In this document: in pieces, positions 35,615 to 43,763 of the stretch | Layout: each line of letters begins with the position of its first letter | Numbering within the stretch: the first letter of the stretch is position 1 | Assembly (NCBI GenBank): GCA_964351495.1 | Contig: CAYGOC010000001.1 | Coordinates: 129,342-193,341 of the forward strand | Origin: an uncultured bacterium | GTDB taxonomy: Bacteria > Chlamydiota > Chlamydiia > Chlamydiales > SM23-39 | Direction: 5' to 3' | DNA: 64,000 nt | The notes under the pieces: model-generated | Told to the model about the DNA's origin: nothing | Database searches by the model: none | The model's input: the letters and a program-made list of their open reading frames with translations, nothing else | Translations under genes and position numbers: made by a program

Positions 35615-36860
35615 GATAGGCTCCAAAAACAAGGGTAGAATTGTGCCCCCCAAATCCAAAGGAGTTGGAAATAGCCACATCCACAGCACACTCTTTCGCT
35701 TTTCCTTGTATAATATCGATTCCTTGCAACTCCTCTTCCGGATTTTCTACGTTTATCGTGGGGTGTAGTTTTTTCTGATAAATCCCTAAAACCGTCGCAA
35801 TCGCCTCTAAAGATCCTGCAGCTCCCAAACAGTGCCCTATCATCGATTTTGTAGCATTCATTTTAATGCCCTTTAAATCAGAAAAAACCTGTTTAATCGC
35901 TCTTATCTCACAAAGATCTCCCACTACCGTAGAGGTTGCATGGGCATTTATGTAACGCACCCTATCTTTAGAAACAGAAGCATCTTGGAGCGCTTTTTCT
36001 ATACAAGAAGCAACACCCGATCCATCTTCTATAGGATCGGTAATATGACTCGCATCACAGTTTACCGCACCCCCCAAGTATTCTGCGTAAATAGTTGCTT
36101 TTCTTTTTAAAGCATGTTCTAAACTCTCAAGCACTAAAACACCTGCACCTTCCCCCATAACAAAGCCGTCTCTGTTTTTATCCCAAGGACGAGAAGCTTT
36201 TTCAGGCTCTTCATTTCTAGTAGAAAGGGCTTTGCACGCCACAAACCCAGAAAGACCAATAGGAGATAAAGGCGCCTCTGATCCCCCACAAAGCATAAGA
36301 TCTGCGTGATTTTGCCTTATATGTTCTGCTGCCTGAAAAATAGAATAGCTTCCCGTAGCACAGGCCGTAGAAATAGAATAGTTTGGACCTTGAAAACCCA
36401 AATCAATCGCTAAAAGAGCTCCACCCATATTGGTTATAATATAAGGAACAAAGAAAGGAGAAAGTCTTTTAAAGCCCTTTTCTAAAAGGGTTTGCACTCC
36501 CTCAGAAAAGGTATGCATACCTCCCATACCAGAACCAACGATAATGCCAGATCTTGTCTTATCTAAAGAAGAAAGATCAGAAAGAGAAAAACCGGCATGC
36601 TCTAATGCTTTTTTTCCGGAAACCATTGCATAACGGATAAAAGGATCTACTCTTCTTGCCTGCTTTTTATCTATATATTCCCCTACATCAAAATCCTGTA
36701 CGGAAGCTGCAAACCTAGTTGGATAACTACTAACATCAAACACTTCAATAGGTCTTACACCGCTTTTACCCTCTAACAAAGAAGTATAAAAACGGTCCAC
36801 CTCTGTTCCAAAACAACTGACTACCCCGAGTCCTGTTACCACCACACGCTTTTTTTTCAT
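35607..36860 (-). CDS. fabF: 3-oxoacyl-ACP synthase II
   Basis: Active-site context ISTACATGS, HATSTVVGD and GHCLGAAG (Cys-His-His triad). 417 aa. Confidence 0.96.
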   Translation of the reverse strand: MKKKRVVVTGLGVVSCFGTEVDRFYTSLLEGKSGVRPIEVFDVSSYPTRFAASVQDFDVGEYIDKKQARRVDPFIRYAMVSGKKALEHAGFSLSDLSSLDKTRSGIIVGSGMGGMHTFSEGVQTLLEKGFKRLSPFFVPYIITNMGGALLAIDLGFQGPNYSISTACATGSYSIFQAAEHIRQNHADLMLCGGSEAPLSPIGLSGFVACKALSTRNEEPEKASRPWDKNRDGFVMGEGAGVLVLESLEHALKRKATIYAEYLGGAVNCDASHITDPIEDGSGVASCIEKALQDASVSKDRVRYINAHATSTVVGDLCEIRAIKQVFSDLKGIKMNATKSMIGHCLGAAGSLEAIATVLGIYQKKLHPTINVENPEEELQGIDIIQGKAKECAVDVAISNSFGFGGHNSTLVFGAYRE

Positions 36861-37042
36861 AAAACAACTCCTAAGTAAGGAAAAATATTTCCTACCTACT
36901 TTTTTAAGAAACTTCTTTAAACCTGCAAAGAGCTATTCTACCCCATTTCAGATTTATTTTTGCAGAAGTTTTCCGAAGAAAATAGGTAAATAAAAATAAT
37001 AAGTTTGCAAAAAACAAGAATAAGTAAGGCCCCCTCTTAAGT

Positions 37043-38008
37043 CTACAAGCTAAAGAGAAGCTCTCTTTTTTTTAAAGAAGTCAGGTTTTTTTGAACTAAA
37101 TCCATCCCCTCCAAAAAAGAGGCAGCTTTTCCGAGAAAATGAAGGGCAAAAGAAGCATTTACAAGAGCCCACTCTTTTCCTTCTACCTCTTCTCCTTTCA
37201 ATAAATTTCTGATTTTTTCAGAAGATATAAGGGTGCTTTTATAAAAGGATTTTCTTTTACAGGTAAGACCAAAATCTTTGGGGAAAATAATCGTTTCTTT
37301 GATTTCCCCTTTTTTTACATACGTTACTTGAGTAGGAGCAAAAGGAGATACCTCATCAAATCCATCTTCAGAGCCTATTATAACTATCTCTCTAGGAAAA
37401 TTTTTCTCTTTCAAATAAGCACTAAGGGCTTTTCGCTCTTTTTTACAAGGTATTCCTATAATCTGCTTTTCTACCGAAATAGGATGAAGAAGAGGCGCTA
37501 TTAAGTCGAGTAAAGTAGGAACTCTAATACTTTTTCGAACAGAAGAAAAAGCAGAAAAAAGAGCAGAAGAAATAGAAAAAAAACCCATACCGGTTTCCCC
37601 TAAACAGGCCTTCTGAAACGACGTATCAAATAGATTTTTTACTCCCAAAGCCTGTAAAATCTCCTGACTTCCGCAACAAGAAGATAGAGCAGGCCTAAAA
37701 AGCTTGGCCACTTTAACACCAAAACTTGCTACTAAAAAAGAGGCCGCAACAGAAACGTTGTAAGGCTTTCCCTCTTTACCCCCCATTCCCGTAATATCTA
37801 AGGAAGCTTCCCCCAAAATAGGATTTGAAAAATAAGAACAGGCTCCCTCTATTTCCTCGGAAGAGATCCCCTTTGCCTTCATGGCAATACAAAAAGAAGC
37901 TATCTCTATCTCGTTTACATGTCCCTTTTCTACAAGAGAAAAAAAAGAAACTATCTCTTCTAAAGAAAGGTTTTTCTTTTGTAAAAGTTTAGAAAGAATT
38001 TTTTTCAT
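37043..38008 (-). CDS. TrpD-like (glycosyltransferase family 3) protein with degenerate catalytic motifs
   Basis: It aligns by eye to anthranilate PRTase. DITGMGGKEGKPYNVSVAASFLVA corresponds to D.CGTGGDG..TFNISTAAA, KLFRP to KHGNR, CGSQEILQALGV to SGSADVLEALGV, and DGFDEVS is retained. Confidence 0.6.
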   Translation of the reverse strand: MKKILSKLLQKKNLSLEEIVSFFSLVEKGHVNEIEIASFCIAMKAKGISSEEIEGACSYFSNPILGEASLDITGMGGKEGKPYNVSVAASFLVASFGVKVAKLFRPALSSCCGSQEILQALGVKNLFDTSFQKACLGETGMGFFSISSALFSAFSSVRKSIRVPTLLDLIAPLLHPISVEKQIIGIPCKKERKALSAYLKEKNFPREIVIIGSEDGFDEVSPFAPTQVTYVKKGEIKETIIFPKDFGLTCKRKSFYKSTLISSEKIRNLLKGEEVEGKEWALVNASFALHFLGKAASFLEGMDLVQKNLTSLKKRELLFSL

Positions 38009-38360
38009 AAGAAGAAGGGACTTCCTTTAATTCCAACTCTACGAGTTTACTCTGAGGCCAAATTTTTTCAAGCTGATATAAATCCCTTAGCCCGGGAGCA
38101 AAAAGATGGACCATAAATCCCGGAAAATCAAGCACAACCCAATCTCCTATTTCTAAACCCTCTATTTGCATGGGCTCTTTCCCTTCTTGTTTCAAAGACT
38201 CTAAGATGGCTTTCCCCATAGAGACTACATGCCTATGCACTTCCCCTTCTGCAATGAGCATGTAATTGGTGATCGTACTAAGACCCCTTACATCTAAAGC
38301 TAGAAGGTTAATCCCTTTTTTATCGTAGATGATTTGAGCTGCTGTTTTTATCCACTTCAT
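37989..38360 (-). CDS. rsfS: Ribosomal silencing factor RsfS (iojap-like)
   Basis: DKKGINLLALDVRG, TNYMLIAEG, DWVVLDFPGFMVHLF..R..Y.LEKIW. Conserved nadD-rsfS order. Confidence 0.9.
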   Translation of the reverse strand: MKWIKTAAQIIYDKKGINLLALDVRGLSTITNYMLIAEGEVHRHVVSMGKAILESLKQEGKEPMQIEGLEIGDWVVLDFPGFMVHLFAPGLRDLYQLEKIWPQSKLVELELKEVPSSYEKNSF

Positions 38361-38935
38361 ACGTTTTCTTTGTATAAACCATGTTTTTCAATATATTGCA
38401 AGACGGGAGCTAACAGAAGATGCTTTACACACTTTTTCTTATGTAAACGCTCCCTAATTTCAGAACTGGATATCTCCATCGTCTTGGTGTTTACTTGCTG
38501 AAATCGGGACTTCTCTAATCTTTTTCTTGTCCCTACCAAAATAGTGACCATTTTCTCAATTTCAGAAGACTCTTTCCAAGAAGAAAATCCTTTTTCCCCT
38601 TCTTCTGTCATAAGTAAATAAAGATCGGCACTCTTATACTCAGACTCCTGTTTTATATAACGAAGAGTATCTATCGTGTAGGAAGGGCCTTTTTGAGAGA
38701 GCTCCCAACTGAGAGAAGAAAAAAACGGGATCTCCTTACAAACCAGCTCCACCATCGAAAGCCTATCTTTAGTAGAAGCCCTAGGAGGGGCGTCCCATTT
38801 AAAAGGGGAACAAAAAGCAGGAACTAAAAGGATGTCATCTAAAGAGAGCTTTTCTTTTATCTGAATAGCCATAGAAATATGGCCTATATGAATAGGATCA
38901 AATCCCCCTCCGAAAAAGCCCACTTTTTTTTTCAT
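38357..38935 (-). CDS. nadD: Nicotinate-nucleotide adenylyltransferase
   Basis: GFFGGGFDPIHIGH (HxGH nucleotidyltransferase motif) and the ISSSEIR motif. Confidence 0.9.
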   Translation of the reverse strand: MKKKVGFFGGGFDPIHIGHISMAIQIKEKLSLDDILLVPAFCSPFKWDAPPRASTKDRLSMVELVCKEIPFFSSLSWELSQKGPSYTIDTLRYIKQESEYKSADLYLLMTEEGEKGFSSWKESSEIEKMVTILVGTRKRLEKSRFQQVNTKTMEISSSEIRERLHKKKCVKHLLLAPVLQYIEKHGLYKENV

Positions 38936-38949
38936 TTTCCTTCCTAAAA

Positions 38950-40386
38950 TTATTCTTCAAGAAGAAAAGAGAGCTTCTCTAAAAGAGCTTTTTCTGCCTC
39001 CACCATATCCTGTAACAAAAATGCGGTAGAAAAATCTAAATTAGAAGAGGCTAAAGTCTTTCGATACATTTCAAAACGCTCCTTAGAAGCATTTCTTCTT
39101 TTTTCTAACATATCAGAAGAGTTTTCCTTCTCTAATAACTTCTCTTCTACGTGAGCCACTAAATGACGGATATAAAGAGCCTCAAACCCTTCTAAAGAGG
39201 TAAAGTCAACCCCTTCTACTAGGGCTTTATATTTTTCTTCTATCTCTTCAGAAGAGTCTTCCAAAAGAGCTTCCAATTCTTTTTTTAACCCCTCTCCCAT
39301 CTTCTGCTTTTTCTCCTCTTTTTCCTGAATTTGCTTTTTCAGCTTCTCATAAAAAGGGTCTAAAGCTCTTCTCAACTCCTCCCTGCACGATCTCATCTCT
39401 TTGGGAGGCAATGATAAGGTTTGTAAATCTTTTTCTAAAAGCTCCCTTTCTTTTTCCAGATCTTTCAAAGAAAGCTTCTCTTCTAAACACTTTTGGGAAA
39501 ACAAGGTTATCTTTTCTTGAAAAGAACCCCTTTTACCTTCTTTTTCTTCTCTTTTTTCTAAAGAAGCTTTTTTCCTCTCTTTTTCCTCTTTCTTCAAAAT
39601 GTCCCAAAACCTACTCAAAGATTCTCTTATTTCTAAAAACACTTCCGGAGTCAAACTCATCTCTTTAGCATGAGACTGCATCGCTTTTATCTCTTGTAAA
39701 AGAACATAAAAAGGAACAGAACTATGCACTTTTTCCCCTTTTTTATTTTCCTCTATAAAAGAGAAAACAGCCGTTTTAAAAAGGGCAGAAAGAGCTTCCA
39801 TTTTTTCCCTTCTTTTAGGAAAAAGAATATCCCCTATCTCTCCCATTTTTTTGAAAAACTCATTTTTTTGCTTCATCCTCATAGGAATATTAGCTACTTC
39901 TTTACGAAGAGATTGTAATTTTTGCGCCAGCACTGAAAGAAGATGGATCTCTTTTTGTAAAAGAGCCAGCTTCTCTTCTTGAGAAGATAACGTCTTGCTT
40001 TTTTCAGAAAAAAGCGTCTCTTCCATTTTCTGTAAAAGTTTTTCTTCTTCTTGTAGGTCTTGCTCCAAAGAACGAAGTGCTAGCTCGATTTGCTCCACAG
40101 CAAATAAAGACTGTTCTTCTAACATTCTTTTAAGATTCTTGGCCTCTTCAGAAAGATCGATAAACTCCTTCCACATCTGATTTTTCACAAAAGAAACCCC
40201 TTTTTCCTTGAAAAGAGGAAAAAGCTCCTTTCGGATCTCCCAAAACTCTTTAAACTGAGGAGAGTCATTCCGCGAAAGCGCCTGTTTCATAAGATCTAAA
40301 AAAGAGCGCATCTTCTCTTCCAAAGAGAGGGCCTCTTCTGCTGTCTTTTCTTTTTTTAAGGGGGGATTATCTTTAGAGGAATTCAT
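38950..40386 (-). CDS. Glu/Lys/Leu-rich coiled-coil protein, hypothetical
   Basis: 478 aa, dominated by heptad-like E/K/L sequence. No enzymatic motif. Confidence 0.5.
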   Translation of the reverse strand: MNSSKDNPPLKKEKTAEEALSLEEKMRSFLDLMKQALSRNDSPQFKEFWEIRKELFPLFKEKGVSFVKNQMWKEFIDLSEEAKNLKRMLEEQSLFAVEQIELALRSLEQDLQEEEKLLQKMEETLFSEKSKTLSSQEEKLALLQKEIHLLSVLAQKLQSLRKEVANIPMRMKQKNEFFKKMGEIGDILFPKRREKMEALSALFKTAVFSFIEENKKGEKVHSSVPFYVLLQEIKAMQSHAKEMSLTPEVFLEIRESLSRFWDILKKEEKERKKASLEKREEKEGKRGSFQEKITLFSQKCLEEKLSLKDLEKERELLEKDLQTLSLPPKEMRSCREELRRALDPFYEKLKKQIQEKEEKKQKMGEGLKKELEALLEDSSEEIEEKYKALVEGVDFTSLEGFEALYIRHLVAHVEEKLLEKENSSDMLEKRRNASKERFEMYRKTLASSNLDFSTAFLLQDMVEAEKALLEKLSFLLEE

Positions 40387-40465
40387 ATATAAAAATTACA
40401 CGTTGTATACCAAAGAGTATCATAGACTAACTTTCCTTGAAAAGCAAAGGCTTTCGGCAAAAAAA

Positions 40466-41488
40466 TCAGATCCTTTGTTCATAGTCTTGTAAAATAATTT
40501 CTTTTCCTTTTTCTTGGCTCCACTTTTCCATGTCAAGCCAGCGAAACTCTCCTCTTTTTCGAAACCAGGTAAATTGTCTTTTAGCGTAATTTCTAGAAAC
40601 TTTTTTAAATTCCTGCAAAAAGTCTTCCTCCTCTCCCCCTTCTTGTAAAAACTGCAATGCTTGCTTATATCCTATTGCTTGGGAGGCGGTAATGTTTTTT
40701 TCTAGTCCTGCTCTTTTTAAAGAGGCGACCTCTCTTAAAAATCCTTTTTCTAACATCTCCTCACACCTTCTTTCTATACGAGGATACAAAATCTCTTTTG
40801 GACAATATAAAAACCAACAGCGAAAGTCGTAAGGGGATTCTTCTTTTTCTTTTTGAAATTCAGAAACTTTTTTCTCCGATAACGTAATGATCTCCAGAGC
40901 TCTAACAATTTTGTGACGATCTCTTTCCCCTATCGTGCTGGCATAATCGGGATCTAAAAGCTGTAGCTGTTCATATAAAACAGAAGCGCCCATGGTATCT
41001 ATTTTTTCTTCTATTGCTTTTCTAAGGTTATAATCAGGAGGAGGTCCCAAAGGAGGCCCTTCTAAGAGCACTTGTAAATAAAAACCGGACCCTCCTACGA
41101 CAATGGGAACTTTTCCCTTAGAAAAGATTTCCTCTATTGCTTTTTTTGCTAAATGGTAATACTGCACTACATTAAAAGAAGAAGAGACCTCGCATACATC
41201 TATCAAATGATGCGGTATCCTTCGTCTTTCGTGGACCGTAGCTTTTGCAGTCCCTATATCCATCCCCCTATATACTTGCATAGAATCTGCAGAAACGATT
41301 TCCCCTCCTATAGCTTCTGCTATTTCTAAAGAAAGTTCTGTTTTTCCAATTGCCGTAGGCCCTGCAATCACCATAACGCGCTTTTTAGGAGAAAAAACAG
41401 GGACCTTCTTTTTTAAGGGAAAATAGACTTGGGAAAAAAAATACTCAACTTCGTGACTGCCTAAGCAACTATTATCCACGTTACCCAC
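40466..41488 (-). CDS. miaA: tRNA dimethylallyltransferase
   Basis: VIAGPTAIGKTELS P-loop and DSMQVYRGMDIGTAK. The true start may be the internal Met near 41374. Confidence 0.92.
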   Translation of the reverse strand: MGNVDNSCLGSHEVEYFFSQVYFPLKKKVPVFSPKKRVMVIAGPTAIGKTELSLEIAEAIGGEIVSADSMQVYRGMDIGTAKATVHERRRIPHHLIDVCEVSSSFNVVQYYHLAKKAIEEIFSKGKVPIVVGGSGFYLQVLLEGPPLGPPPDYNLRKAIEEKIDTMGASVLYEQLQLLDPDYASTIGERDRHKIVRALEIITLSEKKVSEFQKEKEESPYDFRCWFLYCPKEILYPRIERRCEEMLEKGFLREVASLKRAGLEKNITASQAIGYKQALQFLQEGGEEEDFLQEFKKVSRNYAKRQFTWFRKRGEFRWLDMEKWSQEKGKEIILQDYEQRI

Positions 41489-41833
41489 TCATTTCTTTTG
41501 AAGAGCTTCCTTTTCATTTCTACAAATATGTAAAACCTTTTCAAAACCTGCCATACGAACAATCTTAATAACCTCATCAGAAAGGGAAAACAAGACAAAG
41601 CTCCCCTGTAAGCTCTTCATCTTCTTAGTAAAAGAGAGTAAAAAACGAAGACCTGCTGAACTCATATACTCCACTTCGTTAAAATCTAGTAAAAGATGGA
41701 TCTGCTTCTCTTGTATAAGAACCTCTATCTTCTTTTCTACAATAGGGCAGCTAACAGCATCTAACCTTCCTTCAATACGCAAAATTATCTTGCCATCCAT
41801 TTTTTCTACCCGAACTTCTACTCCATAACTCAT
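41489..41833 (-). CDS. rsbV: Anti-sigma factor antagonist (STAS, RsbV-like)
   Basis: 114 aa. LDFNEVEYMSSAGLRFLL is a STAS phospho-Ser loop. Chlamydiae encode Rsb partner-switching modules. Confidence 0.85.
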   Translation of the reverse strand: MSYGVEVRVEKMDGKIILRIEGRLDAVSCPIVEKKIEVLIQEKQIHLLLDFNEVEYMSSAGLRFLLSFTKKMKSLQGSFVLFSLSDEVIKIVRMAGFEKVLHICRNEKEALQKK

Positions 41834-41969
41834 CCTATCCTCCCAATAAAAGCCTAGCTTAGAAAAAAAACATTTCTAAGCAAACGTTTATTTTTTCCTA
41901 AATAAAAATACCCCCTACCTTCTCTTTTGCTCAAGAAAAGCCTTAATTTTTAAACAGCTCCTTAACTTC

Positions 41970-41999
41970 TTGAAAAAATTTGTTTATAAAGACTATAAT
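41970..41999 (+). promoter_or_regulatory. Sigma-70/66-like promoter candidate
   Basis: TTGAAA (41970-41975), an 18-nt spacer, then TATAAT (41994-41999), 21 nt upstream of the ATG at 42020. Confidence 0.5.
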
Positions 42000-42019
42000 C
42001 TCCTCTAGAGAGGGGCCCC

Positions 42020-42571
42020 ATGGAGTATACCTATTTTGATCCGCATGATCTTCCGAATGGAGAGTTGAAAAGAGCTGCCGAAAGCTTTCATAAGATGCTC
42101 ACTTACAGAGCTTCTGATGTAAAAAAACTAGACGGTTCTCTTTTTTATCTAGCTGCTATCATGCATATCGCAGAAAACCACGTTCTATCTAAAAAGGAAG
42201 AATATACCTTTCTGGAAGAACTTAAGTCCCTGGAAGAAGAGTTCCATTCAGGAGCCCTCCCCCTTTCTTCTGTGGAAAAAACCCTAAAAGACCTTCTATA
42301 CCATCTGTGTGACAACAATCAAAAAGCCAAGATTATCTTTCTTTTGGTAGAGCTGGAACACTTTCTCTGTGTAAGCTGCCCCGAGGAACTAGAAATTCCT
42401 CTAGAAATCTTCCAAAAAATAGCAGATCCTTATTTCGCTCTTTTACAAAAGCCTCTAACGACCATAGAAGCTATGAAGATTTATAAAAACCTAGAGGGCA
42501 TCTCCTCTTTTTTAAAAAAAGAGCCCCATAAAACTTGGGAAGCAAAAGAGCTTTTTGAAAAGGGCTTTTAA
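42020..42571 (+). CDS. Hypothetical helical protein (183 aa)
   Basis: ORF with a promoter-like element upstream. No recognised motif. Confidence 0.5.
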   Translation: MEYTYFDPHDLPNGELKRAAESFHKMLTYRASDVKKLDGSLFYLAAIMHIAENHVLSKKEEYTFLEELKSLEEEFHSGALPLSSVEKTLKDLLYHLCDNNQKAKIIFLLVELEHFLCVSCPEELEIPLEIFQKIADPYFALLQKPLTTIEAMKIYKNLEGISSFLKKEPHKTWEAKELFEKGF

Positions 42572-42882
42572 GAGAGGCTCTCTTCCACCCATTTTAAATA
42601 GGAAGAGTTTCCTCCTTCTATGGGAACCTGTAAAACTTCCGGTACTCGATAAGAGCTGTTTTCCTGAATATACAGGACAATATCTTGCACCTTTTCTTTT
42701 GTGGTTTTAAAAAGCACCTTCACCTCTCTTACCTCTTCTAGCTTCCCTTCCCAAAAAAACAAAGAATAGACCTCAGGAAACAAAGTGATACATGCTGCTT
42801 TTTTTCTTTCAAGCAGCTCCGTACTGATCTTTTTGGCCTCTTTCATCTCCTTTGCCGTCCATAGTACCAAACAAAAAGCCAT
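42568..42882 (-). CDS. cutA: Divalent-cation tolerance protein CutA
   Basis: 104 aa. KAACITLFPEVYSLFFWEGKLEEVREVKVLFKT matches the CutA1 core. Confidence 0.85.
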   Translation of the reverse strand: MAFCLVLWTAKEMKEAKKISTELLERKKAACITLFPEVYSLFFWEGKLEEVREVKVLFKTTKEKVQDIVLYIQENSSYRVPEVLQVPIEGGNSSYLKWVEESLS

Positions 42883-42884
42883 CT

Positions 42885-43763
42885 TTACTCCTTCTCTATA
42901 AAAGCTAAATCTTTGATTCTAAGATCAAAGATTCTCGAAGAAAAGTGGAGCTCTTTCTCCCCTTTTTGTAAAGAAAGAACCTGAAGTTCGTAATCTTTTC
43001 CCATATTTTCATTTAATGATAAAAAATGAAGAAGCTGCTCTTTATACCCTTTTACGGGAAGCCTTAAGTATTTGGGGAAAAAACAAAAAATTTCTCCCTC
43101 CTTTTTTTTTATTTCTTTTATCTCCTGAACCACCACAACCAACTCTTTTTTTCCGCAGGAAGGTAAAAATGCCTTAGAAACATCTATTCTCTTTAGGAAG
43201 ATAGAATTAGGAAGTATCTTTTGTATCTCTTCTAAAACTTCTATAGCAAAGTCCCATTTTTTTCCGGATAAAGGCTCCTCCCAAAAAGTATTAGAAGGCG
43301 CTTTTTCTTCTCCTAATACAATCTCAGGCAGTTTTTCAGAAAATATATTAGGAAACAAGACTCCTTCTTTATCAATTAAGGTATTTTCAAAATCGAAAAT
43401 AGAGGCTACCGGTTCTCTTAAAAGATACTTTACATACAAAGTATTGGGTTTCATTTTCTTGACAATAGCCTCCTTTATAAAAGGAGAGCTCTCTAAGCAT
43501 TTTTTCTTCTCTTCTTCCTCGAAAAAAAAGAGATTTTCTGACTTTTCTTTAGAAAGGCCCATTTTCTCCGCTAAATACTGGGTAGAAAGCTTTTTTTTCC
43601 CTTGGCTAGTTTGTAAAATAGCCCGAATCGTATAAGAAGGATCTTGTTTTTTTTCTGCAATATGCCTCTTATAGAAAAAAAAACCCGCATAAAAAGGTCC
43701 TGATACAAAAATAACCGATAGAAAAAGAAGAAGAAAAACTTTTGCAAAAGAGAGTTTTTTCAT
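42885..43763 (-). CDS. ftsQ: Cell division protein FtsQ-like (TM + POTRA)
   Basis: N-terminal TM (VFLLLFLSVIFVSGPFYAGFFF) followed by a POTRA-like segment (IRAILQTSQGKKKLSTQYLAEKMGLS...IKEAIVKKMKPNTLYVKYLLREPVA). Lies downstream of murC-ddl with an ATGA start/stop overlap at 43760-43763. Confidence 0.7.
   Translation of the reverse strand: MKKLSFAKVFLLLFLSVIFVSGPFYAGFFFYKRHIAEKKQDPSYTIRAILQTSQGKKKLSTQYLAEKMGLSKEKSENLFFFEEEEKKKCLESSPFIKEAIVKKMKPNTLYVKYLLREPVASIFDFENTLIDKEGVLFPNIFSEKLPEIVLGEEKAPSNTFWEEPLSGKKWDFAIEVLEEIQKILPNSIFLKRIDVSKAFLPSCGKKELVVVVQEIKEIKKKEGEIFCFFPKYLRLPVKGYKEQLLHFLSLNENMGKDYELQVLSLQKGEKELHFSSRIFDLRIKDLAFIEKE

Noticed and set aside
35615-35689. ATG-initiated N-terminal extension of the NUDIX gene
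   Set aside because: It would overlap the fabF C-terminus by 83 nt. The extension (MLWMWLFPTPLDLGG...) does not look like part of a Nudix fold. A GTG at 35614 is more plausible, though unproven.
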